From Octopus sinensis (lineage: Eukaryota), in assembly GCF_006345805.1 (NCBI RefSeq), contig NC_043014.1, forward strand, positions 44,516,001-44,580,000: a stretch of DNA of 64,000 bases, given 5' to 3'. The notes under the pieces were generated by a model that had not been told where the DNA came from, searched no databases, and saw only the letters and a program-made list of their open reading frames with translations. This document shows, one piece after another, positions 1 through 11,799 of the stretch; position 1 is the first letter of the stretch, and every line of letters begins with the position of its first letter. Position numbers and translations under genes: made by a program.

Positions 1-377
1 TACAAGTTCATGTAGCAAGTCTGTTGTCTTATATTCAGTCTGAGACCCCCTTCAGTCATGACACTGACCATGAGATTGCACCTAGAAAGTTACCCTCCCA
101 GGCACAAGTCCAGGCAAGGTTGTTTAGGGAAGACCAGAGTCAATCATGCATACCATCCTCCCCTCTCCACGCCACCAGTGTTATCCAAGGGAAAGGCAAG
201 GGTCGATACAGCTTGGCACCTGTGATGTCGCAACTCATTTCTACAGCTGAGTGAACTGGAGCAATGTGAAATAAAGTGTCTTGCTCAAGAACACAACACG
301 CAATCCGGTCCAGGATTTGAGCTCACAACCTCACGATCGTAAGCTCGACGCTCCAACCACTGAGCCATCTGCCTTCA
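1..377 (-). mobile_element. tRNA-derived SINE (family with head GAAGGCGCATGGCTCAGTGGTT), left-truncated by window edge
   Basis: The reverse complement of 290-377 has A-box TGGCTCAGTGG and B-box-like GAGCTCAAATCC. Its head and body match the + copy at 59207-59393. Confidence 0.75.
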
Positions 378-384
378 CTATATA

Positions 385-601
385 CAGTAATTCCTCGCTA
401 TATCGTGGTTCACCTATTGCGATTTATTATTTAAGCTTGTGTTGATTCCTCCATGGTGTTGTTTTGCATTTATAATAAAAGAAATATATACAAATTATAA
501 AAATAATTAAAAATATATACAGTGCTGTTTCTACTTCGCAGATTTTCACCTATCATGATGGGTTTTGGAATGTAGCACCTGCAATAGTCGATAGATTACT
601 G
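385..601. mobile_element. Tc1/mariner (Tigger/pogo-like) MITE
   Basis: Imperfect terminal inverted repeats CAGTAATTCCTCGCTA...TAGTCGATAGATTACTG flanked by TA on both sides (383-384, 602-603). Confidence 0.55.
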
Positions 602-1434
602 TATTTTAATTTATATGATATTGTTATTTCGGATGTTGTACTATGTTTAAATGTATTTGATTTCGTTATTCGAATTGTGTTATGTTTAAATGCATTGATT
701 GTTTTTTCGAACTCTGTGTACGATCTGTTAAATGTTTTTTAAATGTATCTGAAATGTATTACATTTAATTAATGTAAAAATTGTATAAATTGTGTTAAAT
801 GTAAGCAACTGCCTCCGCTGTCTCTCTTCCTTTGTTGTTGTTGACTCCGGTCACTGGTTTGCGTTCGCTGCCCACCTCCGCTTTCTGTGGTGGATTTCTG
901 ATTTGACTGAGCGTAGTCGTCGTCGCTCGACTTAGGGGTCCTGAGTCTGAGTTGATCGATGGCAGGTCATAACAATATAAATAGTAATTACACAAACTAA
1001 AACTTGTCTTCGTTCAGTTGGTCCTATAATTGACTGTACATGTCTGCAAACTGAAAAATAATAGAATGACTCTGGAGATTAATAATTTATATTCATGTTT
1101 TTTAATAACTACTTGTATTATTATCTTATATGCATTGAATAATATACTATATGTATGTATGTTATTATGGTTGTCGTTTTGATAAATAAATAAGTCAACA
1201 TTTTAATATCCTAAAGCTGATGAACCAACTAATGTGCTTCTCCATTTTCTTTTTTTGTAATATAAATTAATGGTAAAATATTTATTTACCTTCACCCATT
1301 TAATACAATAAGTAAGTTTATTGCATTGCAGTTAAAAATACTTGTGTATTAATGATTGGGTATTATACCAACAGTATATTGGATAAATATTATCCCTTAG
1401 TGGGTTGGATCCACAACCCCTAACTTTCTTGAAG

Positions 1435-1475
<41 letters not shown>

Positions 1476-2518
1476 GAATTAGAGATAAAACCACTATTAT
1501 GCAACTCAAACAGTGATAGACATAAACCAATACATAAATAACAAATAATATATATATATAATTATACTTATAATTTTTTTAATAAATATATAACTTATAA
1601 CTAGATCTCAAAAAATATAAAATGAATGATAAATCTATAATATAATAAGTAAAAACACTATGTATGTTTCATGGCTACAATTAAATTCAAATTACAATTA
1701 AGTTTAAATTCAATTGAAATAAATTTGAATTAAAATTATAGTCAATCTTCAGGTTAATGATAATAGTTAAATAAATAATCAAATAGAATTAAACAATATT
1801 TATTTAAGAAATAAATAAAATAATAATTTTTCTTATAGAAAAAACTCCATTAACTAAACTAGAAACTTAAAACATTAGATTATTTCCTACAACACATTTA
1901 TTATGTTAAATATTTATTTTTACGGTAAAAAATATATATAGAAATATGTATTTATAGAAACTAGTGATGTTCTGTACTCTAATGTAAATGATAGAAGATA
2001 TCAGCTGAAACAATGTGAAGCACCAATAAATTGAATACAGAATGCTGTGTTCCATAGTGTAATCAGTAATGCTGTCTTCCAACAAGACAGAGATCTCTGG
2101 ATGAAGTCCCACCAGCATGCTTGTTGCTCTTGTCTGTCTCAAATTTGTACTTAGAAATTCCAGGTTGGTGTTCAGTGTGCTGGAAGATTGCTGGGAGTGA
2201 GGCACCCCATAGCTTTTGTTAAGGCCTGTCTCTAGAACCTGCTGGAAACCCAGGCTACATCTTCAATAATCAGCAGTGACTTGGTCAGTGAATCCTCTGA
2301 GACAGTCAACAGTCAATGGGAAGATGAGCAGCTACAGATAACACCATCCCAATGTGACTGGGGATCACATGTGAATTTGTATTCATATTGAAACTCCAAA
2401 TATGATTGAAGCCAGCTAGGCCCATCCTGAGTGAATGCCACTGCAAGAACAAGTAGTAAGTTATAATGACTAGTATCAACCAATTAAAAATATAATTATT
2501 TTATTTTTTTTTGTACAG

Positions 2519-2761
2519 GGAAGGTTTTCATAGTTCTCTGTTCAGAATATGTTATGGCTAAAGACCCAGGGAATGATTCCGATGTCGAAGCTGCAGACCT
2601 GGCAATGCAATTTAAACTGGGATGGTTTGCACATCCCATCTACATCAATGGTGATTATCCTTCAGCTATGAAAAACAAGGTTCTTCTTCTCAGCCAGCAA
2701 GAAGGATTAAAGAATTCTCGACTCCCAGAGTTTTCTGAAGAAGATAAGAAATTTCTCAAAG
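2519..2761 (+). CDS. Glycoside hydrolase family 1 (beta-glucosidase/lactase-phlorizin hydrolase-like), first visible exon; upstream exons lie outside the window
   Basis: Acceptor ttttgtacag| and donor AAAG|gtgagt. Translates (G)KVFIVLCSEYVMAKDPGNDSDVEAADLAMQFKLGWFAHPIYINGDYPSAMKNKVLLLSQQEGLKNSRLPEFSEEDKKFLK(G), containing the GH1 motifs LGWFAHPI, GDYP and SRLPEF. Confidence 0.93.
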
Positions 2762-2966
2762 GTGAGTTTAAGGCATAGGTGTGGCTGTGTGGGTGAGAAG
2801 CTTGCTTCCCAATGAAGTGGTCTCAGGTTCAGTTTTACTACGTGGCATTCTGTTATAGCCCTGGGCTGACTAAAACCGTGTGGATTTAATTGCTGAAAAC
2901 TGAAAGAAGTCCATTACATGTATATCATTATCTTCATTATTTAACGTCCTCTTTCCATGCTAGCAT

Positions 2967-3358
2967 CTCTCTTTTACTTGTTTCAGTCATTTGACTGTGG
3001 CCATGCTGGAGCACCGCATTTAGTCAAGCAAATCGACCCCAGGACTTATTCTTTGTAAGCCCAGTACTTATTCTATCAGTCTCTTTTGCTGAACCACTAA
3101 GTTATGGGGACGTAAACACACCAGCGTCGGTTGTCAAGCAATGTTGGGGGAGACAAACACAGACACACACACACACACACACACATACATATATACGACA
3201 GGCTTCTTTCAGTTTCCGTCTACCAAATCCACTCACAGGCTTTGGTTGGCGCAAGGCTATAGTAGAAGATACTTGCCCAAGGTGCCACGCAGTGGGACTG
3301 AACCCAGAACCATGTGGTTGGTAAGCAAGTTACTTACCATGCTTGCCACTCCTGTGCC
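2967..3358 (-). mobile_element. tRNA-derived SINE family 1 (head GGCGCAGGAGTGGCTGTGTGG, tail (GTAAAAGA)n)
   Basis: Collinear match to the copies at 3578, 6508, 14563, 27698 and 40890; A/B-box-like head and internal (CA)/(TA) tract. Confidence 0.85.
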
Positions 3359-3577
3359 TGATGAGGAAGTATGAATAACATCACGAAACTCAGATTATTT
3401 TTAGTACTTAGTTTACATACTCCAAGAAAGCCTTTATGTAGTTGATCTACTCGCTAGACATAACAGCCAGTATCCTTCAGGCTCCCTGTAAGTACAAATG
3501 TGCCATTAGATTGTACAAAATAGAAACAAGATAGTAACATCCAGAACTGCTTTGATTGTAAGTCTTTTTCATCAGAG

Positions 3578-3983
3578 CTCTCTTTACTCTTTTACTTGTT
3601 TCAGTCATTTGACTGCAGCCATGCTGGAGCACCGCCTTTAATTGAGCAACTCGACCCCGGGACTTATTCTTTGTAAGCCCAGTACTTATTCTATCTTTCT
3701 CTTTTGCCATACCGCTCAGTGACGGGGACATAAACACACCAGCTTCGGTTGTCAAGCAATGCTAGGGGGACAAACACAGACATACAAACATATACACACA
3801 TACATATATATACATATATACGACAGGCTTCTTTCAGTTTCCCTCTACCAAATCCACTCACAAGGCTTTGGTTGGCCCGAAGCTATAGTAGAAGACACTT
3901 GCCCAAGGTGTCACGCAGTGGGGCTGAACCCGGAACCATGTGGTTGGTTAGCAAGCTACTTACCACACAGCCACTCCTGCGCC
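3578..3983 (-). mobile_element. tRNA-derived SINE family 1, full-length
   Basis: Same family; head, body and GTAAAAGAGTAAA tail all present. Confidence 0.85.
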
Positions 3984-4108
3984 TATATCAATAACTTCTT
4001 TGGCAGGAAGAATAGGTAATCCCAGGGAGATGTAAAGATATAAAGCTGTAAACTTTATATGCCAGAGCCACGTGGAGCTTAGTGTGTCACTCATAAACAC
4101 ACACATCA

Positions 4109-4163
4109 CTAACCAATAGGCTCTAACCAATAGGCTCTAACCAATAGGCTCTAACCAATAGGC
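4109..4163. repeat. 14-bp tandem repeat (CTAACCAATAGGCT) x4 inside a decayed SINE head
   Basis: Four consecutive units read directly. The reverse complement is the A-box region (TATTGGTTAGAG) of a tRNA-derived SINE. Confidence 0.85.
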
Positions 4164-4367
4164 CGTGTGCCTCCACATTGGATAATGTTGTCTAAAGTAA
4201 ATATTGAATAGGAAAAAATTAAACAAAAAGATTTGATAGTCATGGCTGGAATGTCTTTTGAATATATGTCTGCTCAATCAGGGCTAACATGAGCTAAAAA
4301 AAAACCAACTAACCCTAACAGAATTTGAACTCAGAATGTATAGAAAGTAAATACTGTAAGGCATTAG

Positions 4368-4401
<34 letters not shown>

Positions 4402-4455
4402 GGCAGCAGTGGCAGAAGAGGTGGAAATAATTTGTTTCTATTGATTTCTTTCCAG

Positions 4456-4591
4456 GTACGTCAGATATATTTGGTATGAACGTCTATACAGCTAGACTGG
4501 CAGAATATCAACAGAGAGATAATCCTCCTTTGCAACCATCTTTAGATTTGGATGAAATTGTTAAACTTTCAGTTGATCCTAAATGGACTGA
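4456..4591 (+). CDS. GH1 gene, exon 2 of 4 visible
   Basis: Acceptor tttctttccag| and donor GA|gtatgt, phase-compatible with both neighbours. Translates GTSDIFGMNVYTARLAEYQQRDNPPLQPSLDLDEIVKLSVDPKWT(D), matching the GH1 D-F-x-G-x-N-x-Y motif. Confidence 0.9.
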
Positions 4592-4797
4592 GTATGTATA
4601 ATTCTTTTAACAAATTTTATATCTGAGTATTTTTTTTCCTCTTCATACTAAAAATAATTCTCACGCTGAAGTATTGCAGATACTACACATGCAGACATCC
4701 TATGCCACGTTCCTCAAAATAGCCACCTGATTAACTGGTTTGGAACTGCTCTTCCATACCTCTTGTCCACAGACATTGATTAATCCCTTCACTCCCT

Positions 4798-5212
4798 TAT
4801 TTCTTTATTTCCCACAAGGAACTAAACATAGAGGGGACAAACAAGGACAGACAAACAGATTAAGTCGATTACATCGACCCCAGTGAGTAACTGGTACTTA
4901 ATTTATCGACCCCAAAATGGTGAAAGGCAAAGTCGACCTCAGTGGAATTTGAACTCAGAACGTAATGGCAAATGAAATACCACTAAGCATTTCGCCCGGC
5001 GTGCTAACAATTCTTATTTCTTTATTGCCCACAAGGGGCTAAACATAGAGGGGACAAACAAGGACAGACAAAGGGGTTAAATCAATTAGATCTACCCCAG
5101 TGCATAACTGGTACTTAATTTATTGACCCCGAAAGGATGAAAGACAAAGTCGACCTCAGCGGGATTTGAACTCAGAACATAAAGGTAGACTTTTCTGCCA
5201 GCTCGCCACCTT
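4798..5212 (-). mobile_element. Two tandem copies of SINE family 4 (head AAGGCGGCGAGCTGGCAG, tail AATAAAGAAATAAGAA)
   Basis: Two ~200-bp units sharing TAAACATAGAGGGGACAAACAAGGACAGAC, also seen at 39348 and 42447. Confidence 0.8.
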
Positions 5213-5724
5213 AATCCCTTCACTCCCTGGCTTAGTGGTTAGAACATTCAGCTCACACTCGCAGGGTCACGAGTTTGATTCCTGGCAGCACAAGACACTT
5301 TATTTCACGTTGCTCCTGTCCACTCAACTGGCAAAAACGAGTAGTACCCATATTTCAAAGGGCTTATCTTGTCACATTCTGTGTCACGCTGAAACTCCCT
5401 GAGGACTACATTAACGGTATGCATGTCTGTGGAACACTCAGCCACTTGCAGACTAACTTCACAAGCAAGATGTTCTATTGATTGGATCAACTGGAACTCT
5501 CCTTGGTGTAACTGACAGGTATGTAAATTTTAATATACATTTCTGCCAGCTCACCACCTTTCAATTCTGTCAGTATACAAGCAGCCCTCAAAAAACTTTC
5601 TGTGATTAAAGTGGACTGCAATGTAATTCAAGTCGGCCAGGCCTAATTTAGAGGTCTTCTCATTGGAACTCTCAAGCATATGTGCTTAGACATGATACCT
5701 AATGACAAATGGAGACTAAACCAT

Positions 5725-6204
5725 TTAACCCTTTCGTTTCCAACCCAGCTGAAACTGCCTCTGGCTCTGTAGTACAAATGTCTTGTTTTCATAAGTTTTG
5801 CATTAAAATATACCACCAAACCTTAGTCACAATTTATATTCCTAACACTAGCTTAATGATAACTAAGTTATTTTACTAAATTCTTTGTTATATTTAAAGT
5901 AATTGAAAGAAACACAGAGCATCTCAAAATATATACAGTAACGAATTGATTAAATATATAATAGAGAAACAATTCTTAACTCTTTTAATACCAACCCAGC
6001 TGAAACCACTTCTGGCTCTGTAGTACAAATGTCTTGTTTTCATAAGTTTTGAATTAAAATCTTCCACCAAACCTTAGTCACAATTTGTGTTCCTAACACT
6101 AAGTTTATAATAACTAAGTTATTTTACTAAATTCTTTGTTATATTTAAAGTAATTGAAAGAAACAGAGAGCATCTCAAAATAAATACAGTAACAAAAGGG
6201 TTAA
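5725..6204 (+). mobile_element. Dimer of a ~225-bp TTAA-flanked (piggyBac-like) MITE
   Basis: Units begin TTAA-CCCTTTCGTT and end GTAACAAAAGGG-TTAA, joined by the spacer AATATATAATAGAGAAACAATTC. Confidence 0.8.
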
Positions 6205-6270
6205 ACAGTAGTCACCATAAAAGAAGACTGTCACTTCTAAATTTGGGTTGTGTTACTCTAAAATTTTAGA

Positions 6271-6678
6271 CAGGCATGGCTGTGTAATAAGAAGCTTGCT
6301 TCACAACAACATAGTTCCAAGTTCGATCCCACTGAGTGGCACCTTGGGTAAGTGTCTTCTACAATAGCCTCAGGCTGACCAAAGCCTTGTTAGTGAATTC
6401 GGTAGATGTATGTGTGGGTGTGTGTGTCTCCTTTCCACTGTTTGACAACTGGTGTTAGTATGTTTATGTCCCAGTAACTTAGCAGTTTAGCAAAAGAAAC
6501 TGACAGAGGCGCAGGAGTGGCTGTGTGGTAAGTAGCTTGCTAACCAACCACATGGTTCTGGGTTCAGTTCCACTGCGTGGCATCTTGGGTAAGTGTCTTC
6601 TGCTATAGCCCCGGGCCGACCAATGCCTTGTGAGTGGATTTGGTAGATGGAAACTGAAAGAAGCCTGTCGTATATATG

Positions 6679-6709
<31 letters not shown>

Positions 6710-7045
6710 TTGTGTGTCTGTGTTTGTCCCTCTAGCATTGCCTGACAACCGATGCTGGTGTGTTTACGTCCCCGTCACTTAGCGGTTCGGCAAAAGATAC
6801 CGATAGAATAAGTACTGGCCTTACAAAGAATAAGTTCCGGGGTCGATTTGCTCGACTAAAGGCGGTGCTCCAGCATGGCTGCAGTCAAATGACTGAAACA
6901 AGTAAAAGAGTAAAAGAGACTGACAGAATATGTACCAGGCTTAAACAAAAGTAGTGGGGTCAATTCATTTGAATAAAAGTTCTTCAGGGCAGTGCCCCAG
7001 CATGGCTGCAGTCTAATGACTAAAACAATCAAAAGATAAAAGATG
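6271..7045 (+). mobile_element. Young SINE family 1 copy (6508-6918) nested in an older copy of the same family
   Basis: The older copy breaks at AAAAGAAACTGACAGA and resumes after the young copy with ACTGACAGA (target-site duplication). Confidence 0.8.
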
Positions 7046-7096
7046 GGTTTTTTTTTATATATATTTCTCTTTTTTTTTTCATTCCTAACATACCAG

Positions 7097-7281
7097 TTGT
7101 GGCTCAATTTGGTTATACATCATCCCTTCATGCATACGGAAAATTCTTAATTGGATTAAAAGGGAATACAATTCTCCTGAGGTATTATTGACGGAAACAG
7201 GTTTCATGGATAAAACAGGCAGCTTAGATGATGAACACCGTGTGAACTCTTTCAAACTTTACATCAATGAAGTGCTGAAAG
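7097..7281 (+). CDS. GH1 gene, exon 3 of 4 visible (catalytic nucleophile exon)
   Basis: Acceptor ctaacataccag| and donor AAAG|gtaagt. Translates CGSIWLYIIPSCIRKILNWIKREYNSPEVLLTETGFMDKTGSLDDEHRVNSFKLYINEVLK(A). The nucleophile Glu codon is at 7194-7196. Confidence 0.92.
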
Positions 7282-7589
7282 GTAAGTATTTCTAGCAAGG
7301 TGGAAAGAAGGATTGTTATTCACGTGGACACTTTCAAAAGTGTATGTGCATGTGTGTCTGTGTGTGTATGACTGGGTGGATGGATGGATGGATGGATGGA
7401 TGTAAGTATGCATGCATGCATGTATGCATCATTATCATCATCATCATCATCATCACTGTTTAACGTCCGCTTTCCATGCTAGCATGGGTTGGACGATCTG
7501 ACTGAGGACTGGCGAACCAGATGGCTGCACCAGGATATAGGGATATAAGGCCTTACTTTGGTTGTATTCATTCTGTAAAGTGGTTAGCT

Positions 7590-8068
7590 TTAACCCTTTC
7601 GTTACCAACCCGGCTGAAACCGACCTTGGCTCTGAGTACAAAAGTCTTGTTTTCATAAATTTTGAATTAAAATCTTCCCCCAAACCTTAGTCACAGTTTA
7701 TGTTCCTAACACTAGCTGAATGATAACTAAGTTATTTTACTCAATTCTTTGTTATATTTAAAGTAATTGAAAGGAACACAGAGCATCTCAGCAGAAATAT
7801 GGTAACAAGAGGGTTAAAATATATAACAGAGAAACAATTCTTAACCTTTTTGATACCAACCTGGCTGAAACCGGCTCTGGCTCTGAGTACAAATGTCTTG
7901 TTTTCATAAGTTTTGGATTAAAATCTTCCACCAAACCTTAGTCACAATTTATGTTCCTAATACTAGCTTAATGATAACTAAGTTATTTTACTAAATTCTT
8001 CGTTATATTTAAAGTTATTGAAAGAAACACAGAGCATCTCAAAATAAATACAGTAACAAAAGGGTTAA
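7590..8068 (+). mobile_element. Dimer of the TTAA-flanked MITE
   Basis: Same unit and same spacer type as 5725-6204 and 13025-14230. Confidence 0.8.
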
Positions 8069-8599
8069 GGTCATCCAGCTATAGAAACCATACCAAAAAA
8101 GACATTGGATCTTAACACAGTCTTCTGGCTCATCGGACCCTGTCAAATCTTCCAACTCTGGTCAGCTTGGAAGACAGATGTTAAATGATGTGTGTCTGTT
8201 TGTCTGTCTGTCTGTATTCTGTTTCTCCCCACTCCCAGTTTATTTACATCCCGTAACTTAGTGTTTCAAGAAAGAGATAAAGAATATGTACCAGACCCTA
8301 AGCACCATGATATACATACATAAGTTGAGGCATGTGGTGGGGTTCATCTCGTTACATTAGGCCAACACCTAGAAAGCCAAGGAAGGGCCCATGACTATCT
8401 GCTGGGCCCTTCACTAAAAATAAACTTCATAACCTCCTTGAATTTGAATTTTGATAAGACTTTCCATCTAGGGGTCTGAAACTACCCATTTCATAGTTCT
8501 GTTGGGGGCCTTAGTTAAAGTTGCAATCATACAACAAAAGTCATATTTTACTTCTTTTATGATCTGGTTTACAGAAAAGGCCTTTATGATGCCTCAAGG

Positions 8600-9060
8600 A
8601 CTGGTTGGGGTTAACGTAGTTGCAGGGTAAGACAAGGTAGGGATAGAAGTTCTGAGTGGGTGAGGATGACATTCTGGGCTTAAAGGATTGGACAAAGTGG
8701 TTAGTAGAAGGAAGTAGGGAGACACTCTATCTCTGAAAAGGAAGAGGTGAGAAAGGGAACAGTAAGTTGGGTGGAATGTGTGTAGGGGTAGTGTGAGATC
8801 AGCTAGGTTTGAAAAGCTGAAGCCACTGTAGTAGTGCTGGAAACGGTAGAAATGTGAGACACGGGATGGAATGTGTTGGTGAGTGATCTTATGCAGGTGT
8901 GTCAGGTGGGTTTTTTTTATCTATTTGGTGGGTGGAATGCATCCAGGGTACTTGTGGTATGCACAGCAGCACTGCCACAGATGTGGAAGCAATGATCCAT
9001 TGTGAGTCTTACATGAGTTCTGTAATAAGTCGGGTCAGTAATGTTGGTAGTTGAGGTATT
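8600..9060 (-). mobile_element. Decayed CR1/L2-type LINE 3' fragment
   Basis: The minus strand gives degenerate C-terminal ORF2-like peptide (QHYYSGFSFSNLADL...YSKSFV), related to the SFFP/LWNSLP fragment at 59042-59140. Confidence 0.45.
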
Positions 9061-9269
9061 TTCTCACATCAAACAGAGGTGATGCATGCCACCATTTCTT
9101 TTATTTTTTATTTCTATTATTTATTTATATATTTTTTTGCCATAAGAGAAGGGGCAATGAGACTAGAGAAAGTCCTCAAACCAGAGGCCTGGACTGAATG
9201 CTTGCAACAAGGTGGACTCTGCTAAACATACCAAGGGTTAGGCCATGGGTTGAATTCTCAACAGCATCT

Positions 9270-9641
9270 TCGTCATCATCATCATCATCATTGTTCGACT
9301 GTGGTCGAGACAATGGAATTTACTATGTTACGCCAGACTTCATGGTCCTTCATAGCATTACGGAGGTTCTGTTGCTGGATGCCTTTATCCCTGGAGATTA
9401 CATCAGGGTAGGAGAGTGTACGCCCTCTGGTACCGCGAGCAGATGGCTTCCAGGGGAGAAGAGTAGAAATTACCTTGTTTTCAGCCCTACAACAATGTCC
9501 AGCAAACTGGACTCTTCTACCTTTCACAAGAGATGATGCAGGTGGTAATTTCCCATATATTTGCTTCATGGAGGAGGGAAGATCTTCTTTAGTGCTTGGT
9601 TGTACAATGCTTTCGAATGTGTGTAGTAGCGGCACGCGCAC
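9270..9641 (-). mobile_element. RTE-X-like LINE 3' end with (GAT)n tail
   Basis: Translation IYGKLPPASSLVKGRRVQFAGHCCRAE...MKDHEVWR followed by GATGATGAT; a near-duplicate lies at 56547-56990. Confidence 0.8.
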
Positions 9642-10193
9642 ACATTATTAGCCATTTGAAAAGACTATGGAATTTACAATCATCGTCATTGTTTAACAGC
9701 CGTCGTCTATGCTGGCATGAATTGGACAAGTAGGATAGTTTGACAGGAGCTGGTAAGCCAAAGGAATGTACCAAACTCCAGTCTGTTACATGGTTTTAAC
9801 AGCTGGATGCCCTTCCTAATGCCAACCACTTTATAGAGTGGATTTGAAGCTTTTTACCTGGCACCAGCGCTCAGCTAAAAATGAGTACCAACAGTAACAT
9901 GGGGGTGGGAATTAACCCTGCAGTAATGGACTTGCATCCACTCAAAGGAAGCAGTGGAGGGGGGGGAGAATCTTATACTATCAGCCTAAATGTCTGAAAA
10001 TCCAGGATCTGGCTTCATGATTCTGTAAGCTGAAGGCAGATTTTATTAGAGGAAAGTAACTGCAAGCCCAGTGCTGAGATTGGTCGTTAGAGATAATTAA
10101 TTGATTTTTCTTTCTTTTTTTTTTTTTTTTTAGTAAGCTCCGTTATTTGACTAATAAAGAATTTCTTGTGTTTCTCTCTTTTTCTCCTTCTAG

Positions 10194-10399
10194 CTGTGAC
10201 CCTGGATGAATGCAATGTAATTGGCTTTACTGCTTGGTCACTTTTGGACAATTTTGAATGGAATTTTGGATATTCAGAGAAATTTGGCTTGGTCAACGTT
10301 GACTTCAGTGACAAGAACAGAACACGCAAACCAAAGAAATCTTATCATTACTATGCTGAAATAATAAAAAACAATGGATTTTTAAAACCCCCAAAGTAG
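10194..10399 (+). CDS. GH1 gene, terminal exon
   Basis: Acceptor tttctccttctag|. Translates [68 protein letters not shown]-stop, with the GH1 signature WSLLDNFEW-x-x-GY-x-x-x-FGL. The four exons join in frame to ~255 aa. Confidence 0.95.
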
Positions 10400-10780
10400 T
10401 CTGCACTATACCTTATAGAATTTCTAAGTTGGTGCAATGAACATGGGATTTTTGGTGGGGAACAGAGCGTCATATTTCAAATAAGCAGAAATGAAAAATT
10501 AATAATTAAACTGGCAAAAATTAAAATTACCATTTTTTTTTTTTTTTTTAAGGACAAAGATTTGGCAGAAATAGTAGAATACTGGTTTCAAATCCTGCCT
10601 GGGACATCTTTGTCTTTCATCTTTTTGGAAGGAGGTTGATAGAATAAATACTAACTGTTTTTGTTGTTCAAGTGAAACATGATCAAGCAAACCTACGTGA
10701 TCAAAGGCATTTCAAGCATGACTGTCTTGTAATTTTGGAGATATTTAGCTCTACATTATCCAATTTGTTCCTCTCTTTAA

Positions 10781-10793
10781 AATAAAGAATAAA
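10781..10793 (+). terminator. Candidate polyadenylation signals for the GH1 gene
   Basis: Two adjacent AATAAA hexamers ~380 nt after the stop codon. Not unique in AT-rich DNA. Confidence 0.3.
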
Positions 10794-11339
10794 TCAGGAG
10801 AGAAAAACACAATAGGTGTGATTTAAGGAAGACTTTGCAGCTATTTCTGGCAGATTGGATAATCACCTAGAGCTGTAGTTCTCAAACAATTCTTTTTATC
10901 TGCAGCTGACTTAAAAACAAACAAAAACAGTTTGGTTCATTCTGTGCATAAATTTAAAGATAAATGTGTTAGATATACTTTAAATGTAAATAATTGAGAC
11001 TAAAGCAAATTATAAAGTTCTTTATCCAGTAAATAAAGCCTAATTGTCAAAACTTCATATTTAAAATTAGAGTTTGTATTTTACACAATTTTTAATTATT
11101 TTGTGGCACATCTAGGGGGTGTTAGGGGAGCTGATGGAGGGGTAGCTCCTTTGTAGGAAGACAGATGCCTCGCCCTCCGTGGGTGGTCTGACTACCTTGG
11201 TCCCCACATCAGCCTCAGCTCGTACATATAGCTCCTAGTAGCTACCGGGCACAACAGCAGCCACACCCCAAGCAACGGTGTCGTCTTGCTGGCCAAACTA
11301 TGTATGGGTACCCATACTGTGTCAACTGGGTACTAGAAA

Positions 11340-11636
11340 AGCTCGGTTGCGAGATGACGCTTCGGTGAAACATCATAAAGCGGAAGCTACGGCTCTTTGG
11401 CCATGTCATGCGCCTGGATGGACTTGAGCGAATGATCATAACTGGCAAGGGGAACAGCAGATGTAAAAGAGACAGACCACCCTCACTTCTTGGCTGAAAG
11501 ACATCACAGCCACAGAATTGTCTTTATTCCCAGCTGTCCATGGGGTAGAGGACAGGAGAAGGTGGCAAGACATTGTGATGACCACAGCATCGCATAGTGC
11601 GACACCTGAGTAGGATGATGATGATGATGATGACGA
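11340..11636 (+). mobile_element. RTE (BovB-like) LINE 3' fragment with (GAT)n tail
   Basis: Translation IIKRKLRLFGHVMRLDGLERMIITGK, typical of the RTE C-terminus; ends in a GAT repeat. Confidence 0.7.
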
Positions 11637-11799
11637 CACATCTAGCTGTATCTGACAGCACACCACAGTGCTTTGGTACACCATTTGGAAACTACTGACA
11701 TAGAGACTCCTTTGTTAACTCAAAATAAATACCATTAATATACTTAAACCAGTATAATTATCAAAAACAAGAAAAAAAAACTGACCTTGAACTTAGTCA

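Noticed and set aside
795-995. GC-richer segment as a possible upstream GH1 exon
   Set aside because: No plus-strand frame resembles GH1 and no good splice pair; probably a transposon remnant.
3358-3400. CTGATGA...CGAAACTCAGATTA hammerhead-like string
   Set aside because: Stem II is poorly paired, stem III is mismatched, no stem I; it overlaps a SINE boundary.
3141-6954. Recurrent ~80-aa ORFs (RLWLARSYSRRHLPK...) and tRNA-like heads
   Set aside because: Antisense or sense translations of SINE family 1. The heads have only A/B boxes, with no complete cloverleaf, so no tRNA gene is called.
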